Shown in pieces: positions 39,133 through 51,581 of a stretch of DNA of 64,000 bases. The stretch covers positions 62,001-126,000 of the forward strand of contig NIVC01001208.1 of assembly GCA_002269645.1 (NCBI GenBank). Direction: 5' to 3'. The position numbers were made by a program, and so were the translations under genes. The notes under the pieces are model-generated. The model searched no databases. It saw only the letters and a list, made by a program, of their open reading frames with translations, and had not been told where the DNA came from. This stretch comes from Macrostomum lignano. Its lineage: Eukaryota. Within the stretch, counting starts at the first letter, position 1, and the number at the start of each line of letters is the position of its first letter.

Positions 39133-41829
39133 TTTCAAAATCAGCCCTCCTGGCCTGTCTGTTTCGGCTGGACTTTTTTTCGTAGCAAATTTATTGTATT
39201 AGAACTCCATACCAATTTGCTAGAGGTTTAGTTTTGTTAATATAGTATGCTTGTCTATAGTAATAGAATGACACGAACTTTGCTCAAACCGTGTCTCTAG
39301 CTTGTTTTTGCGGAAATTTAGCCCAGTGCTGCACACTTTTTTGCCACACCTTAGCGAGGTAAAATAATTCTATTTTTTTCCTTTATTACCAACCTACATT
39401 TACTATTCATAGTAGTTTTTTGTCTGCCTTAAAGAAGCAAACACTTGCCGTTAAATTAGTTACTTTTAGAGTTTCTCGGCTACCGGGATCCTGTGCCCCA
39501 GGTGTAGCCAGAAATATGATCGCTAGTTTCCTGTACACCTTGAACTTTGAAATATTTCAATTTCTACCTATCTTTCATTATTTAATAAGCTCTTTCCCAT
39601 TTAATAGTTTGGCCTAGTAACTATTTTGTAGTGAGAATTCATTTTGCCCCATCAGCTTTCAGCCAATCGAATACTTGTTCGTTGTTGTTTAGCTTCAATC
39701 AGTATCTCTAATAATAATAAATCATTTTAGTTGAAATCTATCCAGCCTTAAGAAGACATTTTATTATTCATGCATCAGTTACATATTTTGGCTATCTCGC
39801 TAAAACTGCAATATAAGATGTATATCTACGTATATACATTTGCATTGTCAACTTTAGATTTAGAAAAAATATTAATGATCATCCATTTTATTTTCTTACA
39901 TTAAAATTTGCGCATATTCTTCTATTTACAATGTCTCTCTTCTTCAAACTTATAAGAACTGGGAAAAATAATCTAAAGACTCGAATTGGCTTATTTTTTA
40001 TTGTTTCTTCTGTTTTTATTAAATTGTTCTCAATACAATCAAATTTTTGCAGTTAGACAGGATTAGCCGTATAAATAATCAACATCATTTGAATATTTTC
40101 TTAATGCCAATTGCCTACCAAAGTTTCATACTGGCGAATTATTTTCGTCTTTCTCTTTATTTTGGTTAATTTTCACAATTAGCCCAGGTGTCTGTCACAT
40201 ATTCATATCAAACAGCATATTTTATTTTTCCCAGACTAACTTGACCCATCGTCCTGACTTTTTCTGTTTTCCTAAAAGTCGACCATCTTTTTGAGCAAAA
40301 GAAAGATGACAAAGTTTCAACAAAAAAATCTAAAAATACTAACTATGATATAGATATATTAGTACTTGTAGCGTACACCTGTTCTGCAACATGCTGCCCT
40401 GTAATTTTCTAATATTACTTACATAATTGGTATGCATTTTTGCTTATTATCATAATTGAATTGACCCATAATCCTGAGCCGACACCTACATCTTGCTGTC
40501 AGCTGATGCCCGTTTTACATGTCTCCCTGGCGGTTTCGCTTGAAGACCGAACTCTCAAGTGCTTGAGCAGTAGTTATAAATACTATTGAACCATCTTTTA
40601 ACTAGGCCACTAAGAAGGCTAACTTCAGTTTTTGTTTGTTTGTTTTTGCATTCATTTCTCCCTGTCATCTTTTTGCGCGAATTTAATTTTTTTCTCTTTT
40701 GAATAACTCCAACTCGATCTGTGTTGTAGGTAGCGACTTTATTAGAATAATAAAAAGTAGTGTACATTACATAATAAGGAGTTCGTTACTATGAGTAGGA
40801 TAGTACAAAAATTATTTAATGTGTTGTTAAATTATTTCATTTGTCGCTCTACCCTTAGCTCTACGCGAATTGATCAATTTATTGCATCTGTTTATAAGAC
40901 AATAATTTTCGATTGAATTAATTAGCACACTCACGCACTCTTATAGTTATAGTACAGTCTCCGACTCACTTGCTCACGTTGCTCACTCCATCGTATTTAC
41001 ACCTTTATAATGTCTACAGTATGGCCGCCTTTGGAACGTATTTTTTAGCAACTGGCAAAGCCACACATCGTCCTTAATAGCGCAACTACTACTGGCACCA
41101 ATTAGTAGTATGTCTAGACAGTTTCAGCATTATTTGTCATGGCGTGTTAAAATAATAAGAAAGCAGAACTCCAGCGCAGAGATAAACAGGTGTGATTAGA
41201 TTGGATCAACTTTGATCAGTTCATGATGAATGGTATATATTTGCTTTTGTGTTCGTGCTAATCCAATTATTTACGGTAATCTGGTCTGGTCAAGTACAGG
41301 TAAAATCAGATTTGCACAATGGAATAATCAAAATGCCGCACGTTGATTGTCATTCGCAAATTATCTCGGAGTTGGATCATTAAAATGAATCGGCTAATTT
41401 TGGCAATTCATTGTACTCTTATATATCGAATCTTGCACATATTGCCGCAAAAAAGGAAGCAAGAAGAAAAGGCACTTGCGGAAGCAAAAAAGCAGAAAAA
41501 AGAACACGAAAGAAAAAATCAATTCCGCCATTCTTGTTAAATGGTCCCTGTAAATACTTGCAAGGCAGAGGAAATACTGCATAAATGGAAGATTGAATTT
41601 AAAAAATCAAAAAGAATACAATTTTTGATAGAGGTTTGCTGAAAATATAGCTCGCATAAATTCTGGAAAAAAAACAAAAAGTTCATAGAATTCTCATAAC
41701 ATGGGAAGTATAATTCTTGATATTGGATCACAAAGAAGTTCTGCTTTAATAAAATCAACAAATTTGGTCTACATGAGCAACATAGGAACACAACAATATA
41801 TTCTACAGCTTGATCAAGGCTGATTGACA

Positions 41830-42122
41830 GATAGTCAGTGGGGCTGTTCGAGAGCTGTAGTGTACATTGGGGCAGAGAGAGTGGGGCTGTTCGAGAGCTG
41901 TAGTGTACATTGGGGCAGAGAGTGGGGCTGGTCGAGAGCTGTAGTGTACATTGGGGCAGAGAGTGGGGCTGGTCGAGAGCTAGTGTACATGGGGCAGAGA
42001 GAGTGGGGCTGGTCGAGAGCTAGTGTACATGGGGCAGAGAGAGTGGGGCTGGTCGAGAGCTAGTGTACATGGGCAGAGAGAGTGGGCAGAGACAGTGGGG
42101 CTGGTCGAGAGCTAGTGTACAT
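41830..42122. repeat. ~41-bp minisatellite (GAGAGCTGTAGTGTACATTGGGGCAGAGAGTGGGGCTGGTC)
   Basis: About 7 units just downstream of the kinase stop codon. Confidence 0.9.
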
Positions 42123-42225
42123 GGAAGAAAGTGACGGAAATATAAAAAATTAACAAGTGACCTTAAAGGAGGATCAAGTAGTTGACAGTAAGAACTTCGT
42201 GTGAGTTGCTTAATTCTAGTAAAAA

Positions 42226-45200
42226 TTAGTAAGCTGCAGTTGAACTCACAGCCGGGCTGGTTGATGAAGCTAACTTAAAAAGTTTATCGATTTGATCGAA
42301 CAGCTGACCAGCCGAGGGTCTTTCCGAGCTCCAGCAGCGGTTGCGCAATTCCTGCCTGAAATATATTTCAGATTAGTATTTACGGTGGTAAGTTATTTGA
42401 AACGATTCTCCATGTATTAAGGATTTGAGTATCAATGTGCTTTGAGGCGTGTTTATGAAGATGATTGAAGGCGATTATCAAAGTAACTAGGGGTGCATGG
42501 TTATGATTATTAACGTGGTTAGATGTCATTAAATGTGATTGGCAATGCTATTTGGTTTGATTACTTCAACCGAGGTAGTTATCAAAGTAATTATAGATGA
42601 TGATCAAGGCAATTACTAAAGTGATTAGAGGGAATTGCTGATAGAAAATTACATTACCATCAGGAGCCACCGGGGGGGGGGCAGGGGGACATGCCCCCCC
42701 CCCAGTAAAAGCTATGCGGGGACATGCCAATGCTTTTTCTCCTCCACCCCACCTTGTGACCCGTTGTGGTATCGAAAATATTTCTTCAGGCGCCAAAATA
42801 TAGCGCCGCCGTCGGCGCTAAAATGAGTGCCTGCGGCTCCAAAATGAGTGCCTGCGGCGCTAAATGAGTGCCTGCGGCGCTAAACTGAGTGCCTGCGGCG
42901 CTAAACTGAGTGCCTGCGCGCTAAATGAGTGCCTGCGGCGCTAAACTGAGTGCCTGCCTGCGGCGCTAAATGAGTGCCTGCGGCGCTAAACTGAGTGCCT
43001 GCGGCGCTAAACTGAGTGCCTGCCTGCGGCGCTAAATGAGTGCCTGCGGCGCTAAACTGAGTGCCTGCCTGCGGCGCTAAATGAGTGCCTGCGGCGCTAA
43101 ACTGAGTGCCTGCGGCGCCAAAATGAGTGCCTGTGGCGCTAAATGAGTGCCTGCGGCGCTAAAACGAGTGCCTGCGGCGCTGAATGAGTGCCTGCGGCGC
43201 TAAAATGAGTGTCTGCGGCGCTAAAATGAGTGTCTGCGGCGCTAAAATGAGTGCCTGCAGCGCCAAAATAAGCGCTGACAACACCGATTCTCAAAATACT
43301 GGCATGTAGGAATTTAGTCATGTACGTGTTAAATTCTTGGCTTTGTCCCCCCACCATAAAATCCATGGCGACGCCCCTTATTACTATTAGAACAAAAACT
43401 TTCACACGCACAACAGTCACTTACAGCTGCCACAGCTGACTAGTTGACTTGTACTGACAGGCAAACTTTTCCGAATCTGCGGTCAGTGCGCTAACAAGAA
43501 ACGACTGGAGCTCGGCGGCAGATTTAGAAGCTGTTAAGCTGGTTAAATGATTCACCAACTGTTCGTCTGTGTAGCCTGACAGCGGCTGGCTGGCCATGGT
43601 GAACACTTCAAGGAGTACTACGCCCATGGACCTTTGTGGATGGCGGGTGAACGGCGGTTACAATGCGATTCTGTGCAATGAGAGGGCGATTCTGTGTAAT
43701 TTGAGGGCGATTCTCTGTGTAATGAGAGGGAGATTCTCTGTGTAATTCGAGGGCAATTCTTTGTGGAATTAGAGGGCGATTCTCTGTGTAATGAGAGGGC
43801 GATTTTAGACGACAGCAAGAGCGAATTTTCAGACGACTCTTTAGGCTCCTATTGTAATGTAAGGATAAAGATCATGTTAACTTTCGTAAAAGCACTCACT
43901 CACCACACATTAGTCTCGAGTGAGTGATCTTTAACTTTCAGACTGCCGTTGGACTCCTCTGTGTTGAAATTGAAATTCTCTGGAGCCAGCCAGCGCAACG
44001 GAATCAGCTGACCTTCCAGCAATACGTAATCATCCTGAGTGCGGATGGAAACTTTGCATTATTTTGTAGCCTTCAATCAATTACAGGTGGGAGATGGGAC
44101 TGATGGACAGGTGGGAGATGGAACTGATAGACAGGTGGGAGATGGAACAGATAGACAGGTGGGAGATGGGACTGATTGACAGGTGGGAGATGGAACTGAT
44201 AGACAGGTGGGAGATGGAACTGATGGACAGGTAGGAGACGAAACTGATAGACAGGTAGGAGATGGAACTGATGGACAGGTAGGAGATGGAACTGATAGAC
44301 AGGTAGGATATGGAACTGATGGACAGGTAGGAGATGGAACTGATGGACAGGTGGGAGATGAAACTGATGGACAGGTGGGAGATGGAATAGATAGACAGGT
44401 GGGAGATGGAATAGATAGACAGGTGGGAGATGGAATAGATAGACAGGTGGGAGATGGAATAGATAGACAGGTGGGAGATGGAATAGATAGACAGGTGGGA
44501 GATGGAATAGATAGACAGGTGGGCGATGGAACAGATAGACAGGTGGGAGATGGAATAGATAGACAGGTGGGAGATGGAACAGATAGACAGGTGGGAGATG
44601 GAACAGATAGACAGGTGGGAGATGGGACTGATGGTCAGGTGGGAGATGGGACTGATGGACAGATGGGAGATGGAACTGATGGACAGGTGGGAGATGGAAT
44701 AGATAGACAGGTGGGAGATGGAACAGATAGACAGGTGGGAGATGGAACAGATAGACAGGTGGGAGATGGGACTGATGGTCAGGTGGGAGATGGGACTGAT
44801 GGACAGATGGGAGATGGAACTGATGGACAGGTGGGAGATGGAACAGATAGACAGGTGGGAGATGGAACAGATAGACAGGTGGGAGATGGGACTGATGGTC
44901 AGGTGGGAGATGGGACTGATGGACAGGTGGGAGATGGGACTGATAGACAGGTGGGAGATGGAACAGATGGACAGGTGGGAGATGGGACTGATGGACAGGT
45001 GGGAGATGGAATAGATAGACAGGTGGGAGATGGGACTGATAGACAGGTGGGAGATGGGACTGATGGTCAGGTGGGAGATGGGACTGATGGACAGGTGGGA
45101 GATGGGACTGATAGACAGGTGGGAGACGGGACTAATAAACAGGTGACCACATAGACCAGCACTCACCCTGTGCTCCACCTCTGTACAACCGTAGTCGCCA

Positions 45201-48200
45201 ATCTTCACAACCAGATTGTCAGTCAATCGACAGTTCCTGGCGCCAATATCCTGATAGATGAATCCTTTCTCGTTGAGAACTGCCAGGCCTCGGCAGGCTT
45301 GGGAAGCAAATCGGAGAGCGAGCGAGTCCTCCAAACACCTGTGACCGCCGTCCGTGATGAGCGAGCGGAGGTACGACTTCAGGTCCGTCTGGAAATGGTA
45401 GATGGAACAAATTGTTCATCAGCGAATAGTTTTCTCTACTTACTACTAACGAGTGAGTTATAAGTAGCAGGCTTGCAAATAGTAAGTAAATTAGTTTGAA
45501 AATGTTATTTCAACTCGATGAAATTCACTCCCCTGTGAGACAGTTGGATAAGTAGGAGATAGGACTGATGAATATACAGGTAGGAGATGAGACTGATGGA
45601 CAGGTAGGGGATCGGAGATGGGACTGATGGACCTGTGGCAGATGGGACTGTTGAACAGGTAGGAGATGGGACTGATGGATAGATATAAGATGGGACTGAT
45701 GGACATGTAGGAGATAAGACTGATGGACAGGTAGGAGATGGGACTGATGGATAGATATAAGATGGGACTGATGGATAGATATAAGATGGGACTGATGGAC
45801 ATGTAGGAGATGGGACTGATGGACATGTAGGAGATGGGACTGATGGACAGGTGGGAGATGGAACTGTAGAATCGATAAAAAAAGTGGATCATGCCATCAT
45901 CATGGTGATAAGATTGACATTTCTCACCAGGGTAGTCTCCATGACAGCCAGGTAGGGCTCCGCTGTGGTGCACAGGCCCATCAGTTTTAGCACGCACGGA
46001 TCAACGCACTCTTTATAAGCTTGAATATCCGCCAGGAAGTGCAGCCGGTCTTTCTCGGCCAGTTCAACCGAGGCTTCGTTGGACAGCAGGCGAACGATCA
46101 CTCGCGATCGGAGAGTTTCGCCGTACCGGTTGCACTCGGCATCGATGACGGGGCCGAACCAGGCCTGGCCCAGCTCGCTTAGAAAGAACAGGTGCTTCCG
46201 ATCCATGTGAAGCAGGTTCGGGACTGCTTGGGGACAAGGGTGATGGACACGACTGTCTGGCAAATGATGGACACGACTGTCTAACAGCTGATGGACAGGA
46301 CTGTCTGACAGCTGATGGACACGACTGTCTGACAACTGATGGACAGGACTGACTGACAGCTGGACACGACTGTCAACTGATGGACAAACAACTGATGGAC
46401 ACGACTGTCTAACAGCTGATGGACACGACTGTCTAACAGCTGATGGACAGGTCTGTCTAACAGCTGATGTACACGACTGTCTGACAGCTGATGGACACGA
46501 CTGTCTAACAGCTGATGGACACGACTGTCTAACAACTGATGGACACGACTGTCTGACAGCTGATGGACAGGACTGTCTGACAGCTGATGGACACGACTGT
46601 CTGACAACTGATGGACAGGACTGACTGACAGCTGGACACGACTGTCAACTGATGGACAAACAACTGATGGACACGACTGTCTAACAGCTGATGGACACGA
46701 CTGTCTAACAGCTGATGGACAGGTCTGTCTAACAGCTGATGGACACGACTGTCTAACAGCTGATGGACACGACTGTCTAACAACTGATGGACACGACTGT
46801 CTGACAGCTGATGGACACGACTGTCTGACAGCTGATGGACACGACTGTATGACAACTGATGGACACGACTGTCTAACAGCTGATGGACAGGTCTGTCTGA
46901 CAGCTGATGGACAGGTCTGTCTAACAACTGATGGACACGACTGTCTGACAGCTGATGGACACGACTGTCTGACAACTGATGGACACGACTGTCTAACAGC
47001 TGATGGACACGACTGTCTGACAGCTGATGGACACGACTGTCTAACAGGTGATGGACACGACTGTCTAACAGCTGATGGACAGGTCTGTCTAACAGCTGAT
47101 GGACACGACTGTCTGACAGGTGATGGACACGACTGTCTAACAGGTGATGGACACGACTGTCTAACAGGTGATGGACACGACTGTCTAACAGGTGATGGAC
47201 ACGACTGTCTAACAGGTGATAAACACGACTGTCTAACAGCTGATGGACAGGTCTGTCTAACAGCTGATGGACACGACTGTCTGACAGGTGATAGACACGA
47301 CTATCTAACAGGTGATGGACACGACTGTCTAACAGGTGATGGACACGACTGTCTGACAGGTGATGGACACGACTGTCTAACAGGTGATGGACACGACTGT
47401 CTAACAGGTGATGGACACGACTGTCTGACAGCTGATGGACACGACTGTCTAACAGCTGATGGACACGACTGTCTAACAGGTGATGGACACGACTGTCTAA
47501 CAGGTGATGGACACGGCTGTCTGACAAAGACGATGGATAAGACTATCTAAAGGGTGTGGACAAATGTTACAAAAATCTAATAGGCCCATTGCTAGAAGCC
47601 ATGAACCATAAAGAACTCACGCAGAATAACACCAGCAGACTTTGGCACCAATTCGAAACTCAATCGCATTCTTGGTCGCAGGAAATTCTCCGGCTTCTGC
47701 TGTACAATCGCGGCCAGATCATGGGAAGAACCAGCAGTTGATCGAATTCCAGTCGCCTCATTGTTCATCGATATTGAAGCATCATTTGGCGGTGGCAGCA
47801 TGCCTAATTCAGTCATTGTGCGATTGTCAGCCTGTGAAGCTGTGATATTTGCTGTAGACTGCGACTCTGTGATGCTCTGATTCCAATCTCCATCTAGCAC
47901 AAAGTTCTGTGAAATTGAAAAACAAGTTATAGAACTTGAGCTATGCTGTGAAACATAAATTATTTAAATAGAATCTGCTTACCTTATATAAGTCAGTATT
48001 TTTACAGCAAGATGTGCATTGAAACACCAGGACTCCAATTGCAAAAACACAGGCAGTAGCCAAAATTGCAAATAAAATGGTGGATGACAATGGTAGGCTA
48101 GAAATATCTTATAGCATTTTGTAGCAATTGATTTTACTAAGTCTGGAACTAATAATATAGTGGTACAAATATCTATGCAAATATATTTCTTAGTTTTAAA

Positions 48201-49186
48201 TGTGATATTTATTTACAATATTGTTGATAAAAAATTAAGGCATTATTGGTAAAAAAGTGTATAATTAGTGATATAATTTGTTTTTATCTAATATTTTTAA
48301 CTAATTATATTATTATAAAACAATTTTCTTAGAATATTAAGATAATTAATTTTTAAAAACAAATATCCTTAACTATATATACTAGCTAACTGTCAGTTTG
48401 AGTCTTGCATAATTCTTAATTTTTAGTCATTCTTGTCCCAACCTTTCAAAGAATAAAGATTAAACATATTGATTATTTAAATAATAATAATAGGCCTACT
48501 TCTTTAAAATACTCAAAAACAGAAAAGCTTAAAATAAAAAAGATAGATATTTATATAATTGTAACAAGGTATTAAAAAACTAAAAAAACCAACACTTGCC
48601 ATTATTGCCATTATTATTCTAGAAAATACTGTGTCAGTTCATTCATAGTTCAGCTTAGCATTAGTTTGGTTGGTAACTAAAAAGATGTAAATCTAAATTT
48701 TGTAACTGGAAGAACAATCGCATACTAAAATAGCTAATTTAAATAATGAGATACTGGCCTCGGATTTTACAGTAAAATTAGATTAAAGTACTAATGCATA
48801 CAATGCACTGACTACATTACATATATTTCAAGAAATGTAAAATGCAGTCTTTGAATCCTTGAAATTTATTAAATTGCATTCGATAAAAGCAGAAATATTC
48901 GTGAAAACGCACTGAATTCGCTAGACAAAGAAAGAACGAAAAATAAGGAAAAGAATTGATTTGAAAAGGGTGAATGTATATCCACATCCACATGTACTAA
49001 TACAGTTTAGGTTGCATTCCTAGAACTTCGTGAAATCGAATCTTATAAGATTTAGTCTACACAGTGAAACAAACTATAAGCAATAATATTATTAAAAGCC
49101 AAGAAAATAACCAAAAAAAGTCATAGAAATAAAAAGCCACTTAGCAGCATACTTTTAATTATAAGTAATGCATTACCTATTTTCAT
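42226..49186 (-). CDS. Transmembrane lemur tyrosine kinase (LMTK/AATK)-like protein, probable pseudokinase, 9 exons, ~478 aa
   Basis: Exons (minus) 49186-49177, 48857-48821, 48097-47983, 47906-47621, 46226-45928, 45388-45167, 44034-43904, 43631-43425 and 42355-42226 total 1437 nt, in phase. TM segment ILFAILATACVFAIGVLVF followed by CCK. Kinase motifs ELGQAWFG, VIVRLL, FLADIQAY, DLKSYL, YQDIGARNC, VKIGDYG, IPLRWLAPE, NVWSMG, CWSSERP. DYG, WFG and NVW are LMTK-like. The first two small exons are less certain. Confidence 0.85.
42661..43379. mobile_element. 719-bp GC-rich hAT-like MITE in kinase intron 8, with internal 20-21 bp tandem array (42824-43270)
   Basis: Near-perfect 8-bp TSD ATTACCAT/ATTACTAT (42653-42660, 43380-43387). 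Degenerate CAGG.../...CGACGCCCCTT termini. About 21 TGAGTGCCTGCGGCGCTAAA units. Confidence 0.8.
43660..43810. repeat. Kinase intron 7 minisatellite, 21-23 bp (GAGGGCGATTCTCTGTGTAAT)
   Basis: About 6-7 units. Confidence 0.85.
44085..45145. repeat. Kinase intron 6 minisatellite, 24-bp (CTGATGGACAGGTGGGAGATGGGA)
   Basis: About 44 units. Confidence 0.96.
45570..45868. repeat. Kinase intron 5 minisatellite, 24-bp, same family as intron 6
   Basis: About 12 diverged GATGGGACTGATGGACAGGTAGGA units. Confidence 0.9.
46240..47525. repeat. Kinase intron 4 minisatellite, 24-bp (CTGATGGACACGACTGTCTAACAG)
   Basis: About 53 units. Confidence 0.96.
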
Positions 49187-49403
49187 TTTGGCTTCATTAT
49201 TGCGCCACTATCGCTGCGAGCTTCGAGCTATATATTTTACTTTTCCGCCTGAGTTGCAGCTCTGTCATTGTCAAAATTGCATCGAAAACAATTTAAAAAG
49301 TACATTTTGACTTTCTCATTGTCCATCAGCGAAAAATTCGCGTGCTACGTGCATTGAGAGAATTACATACTATGTACGTAATTCTGCAGAGCAATGGATA
49401 AAT

Positions 49404-49527
49404 AATCAGCGGTCGCAGTGCGTGACAACGATTGTCTATGGCTCGCGCCTACCGGCGCTCTACCGGCGGTCTCCTGCTCTACCGGCGCTCGCCAGACAAT
49501 CGTTGTCACGCACTGGGACCGCTGATT
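49404..49527. repeat. 34-bp inverted repeat (hairpin) with CTACCGGCG x3 in the loop
   Basis: Arms 49404-49437 and 49494-49527 differ by one mismatch. Located ~220 bp upstream of the predicted kinase ATG. Confidence 0.85.
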
Positions 49528-51002
49528 CTTTGCATTGTTTTTGTTTGACGATTCCACAGACAATACATAATTAATTGTTTGTAGTAAATGGATTGTTCTG
49601 CATTAAAATGTGAATAATGATTGTCGAATTGCTAAACAATGTCTAGACCATTACACACCAGACTCCATTTTTACGCGTATTCATGTCAAGCATGCAACTT
49701 CAGTTATACTGTACATGTACAGAGTGTATATTACATGTAAGTAAAACTGATGATGATATCGTTTCAGAAAAACTTTATGTAACACGCCGAAGCGAACTGG
49801 TTTTCTAGGCACATGAATCAAGTCATTTATTTATTTATCATGCAAGGGCAGAAAGTCAAACAAAGAAAATGGTTAAGTGTTGGATAAACCCTAGACGACC
49901 GGATTGCCCATTAATTATTTTGATTGTAATTCAATTGGAAAAATTGTAAAAATCGCAATTCGCTCGTGCAATCAGCTTGCAATTTAGATAAGTGCCTAAG
50001 AACCGTCTTATTCTACTGATAAGTAGTCAAGTTCAAATTGGGGACTTGCGATAATTGCAATCCGATTAGAAGAACATAGCAGAAAAAAAGTGTTACTATG
50101 TTTTTATATATTCAAATACTTCTACGACCATATACAATATTTATTGAATGAAAATATCTTTATTTTTATAGGTTCTGATAATGTATACTGTTGTTGTTTT
50201 ACTTCGCATTAAAATAATGATCTAACCAAAATAAGTAAACGTCTTGCCGGGTATAATTTTCTTTGCGGCAAATGTGGACTACAGCGAGTGAAGGCTCTGA
50301 CGGCGCTTCTTCTTCAAAGTTTCAACATCTGTACGAACAGAACCATTTGTTCTTTTAACTTTCTCGTAGTGTGTTTATATTCAGTCTCAGTCTAAAGTTT
50401 TTTCTTTTCGCACTGGATTTTATTTTTAACATTCACAATGCATAAAGCAAATGTAGATGCCAAGGGCAAGGCTATGCCATTCTAATGATTACATTATGGA
50501 CCTAATATTTGTTGTGTGATTCAGGTTATTCATTCATTCAGTCCATTCAGGGGCTGTTCAAAAATTGTAGCTATATTTAGCTATATTTAGTTTTTAGCTA
50601 TATTGCCTCTAAGTCAAATCAAAATTGAAACACTCTTAATCCTTTAATAGTGATATCAATTTTGGGTAATAGTTTGCTCTTTTTGAACTTTTAAATGCCA
50701 GTTTTTTCTTTTGGTAATCCTGCTTTATATTCTAGATTTTCAACTTCCATCCTATTCAAAAGCTAGTACTATTCATATAATTAAAATAAATTGTCTCTTT
50801 ATTTTATTTGCATATGTTTGCTTAGGCCTACTATAAAATAAATTGCTCTCTCTAGACTAGTAGTCCAATGAGTCTATACCTATGCTACCAAGTACCTTAG
50901 GCCTAGGCCTAACTTTAATTAAATTGAATTGTTTTGCTATGGAAACTTAAATAGGTACTAGGTATAGCTAGTTTTGAAATATTATTTGAGCATTGAAGAC
51001 TT

Positions 51003-51581
51003 GGAATCCAGTCCATTTCGGCAACAAACCATTTTGGCAACACCCATTTCGGTGACAAGTCAATTTGGCGACAACCATTTTGGCAACAATTCTCAAATAG
51101 GATTTTGAATGTATTATTATCTTATAGCTACAAAAAATTTCAGAACTTAACTTCAGAATTATAGTGTAAAACAATTTACATTAAACTTTACAAGCTTTGG
51201 TAAAACTATGTTAAAACAATTTTTAATGTAAAACTTAAAACGAATGAATTACAAAAAAAAATTAATATTCTTAAGAAATGACGAGAAAATTTGAATTCCA
51301 ATTCAAAATTACAATTCGTATATGATGTTTACTCTTCCATGGGGGCATTCATACCACTGCATGCAAGCAGCAACGCCTCAAGAGTTCTGGTGCCGGCTTT
51401 GTACTCCGCCCAACAGTTTCAACAAAATGCCTGCTGGGGGGGGGGGTCATGTAAGCTGGGGATAGTTCACTGTACCGTAGATACTTGTAATTTTTCTATT
51501 ATATTTGTTGACAAAATGGTCGTTGCCAAATTGACATATTGCCGAAATGGTTTGTCTTTGTCACCAAAATGGACAGGTACC
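51003..51581. mobile_element. 579-bp MITE with long imperfect TIRs and 7-bp TSD
   Basis: Left GGAATCCAGTCCATTTCGGCAAC... and right ...CCAAAATGGACAGGTACC, with repeated CCATTTTGGCAAC subterminal motifs. AAGACTT flanks both sides (50996-51002, 51582-51588). Confidence 0.7.

Noticed and set aside
41343-41540. Lys/Glu-rich short ORF between the convergent genes
   Set aside because: A-rich low-complexity sequence, likely the antisense of a U-rich 3'UTR; no splice or homology support.
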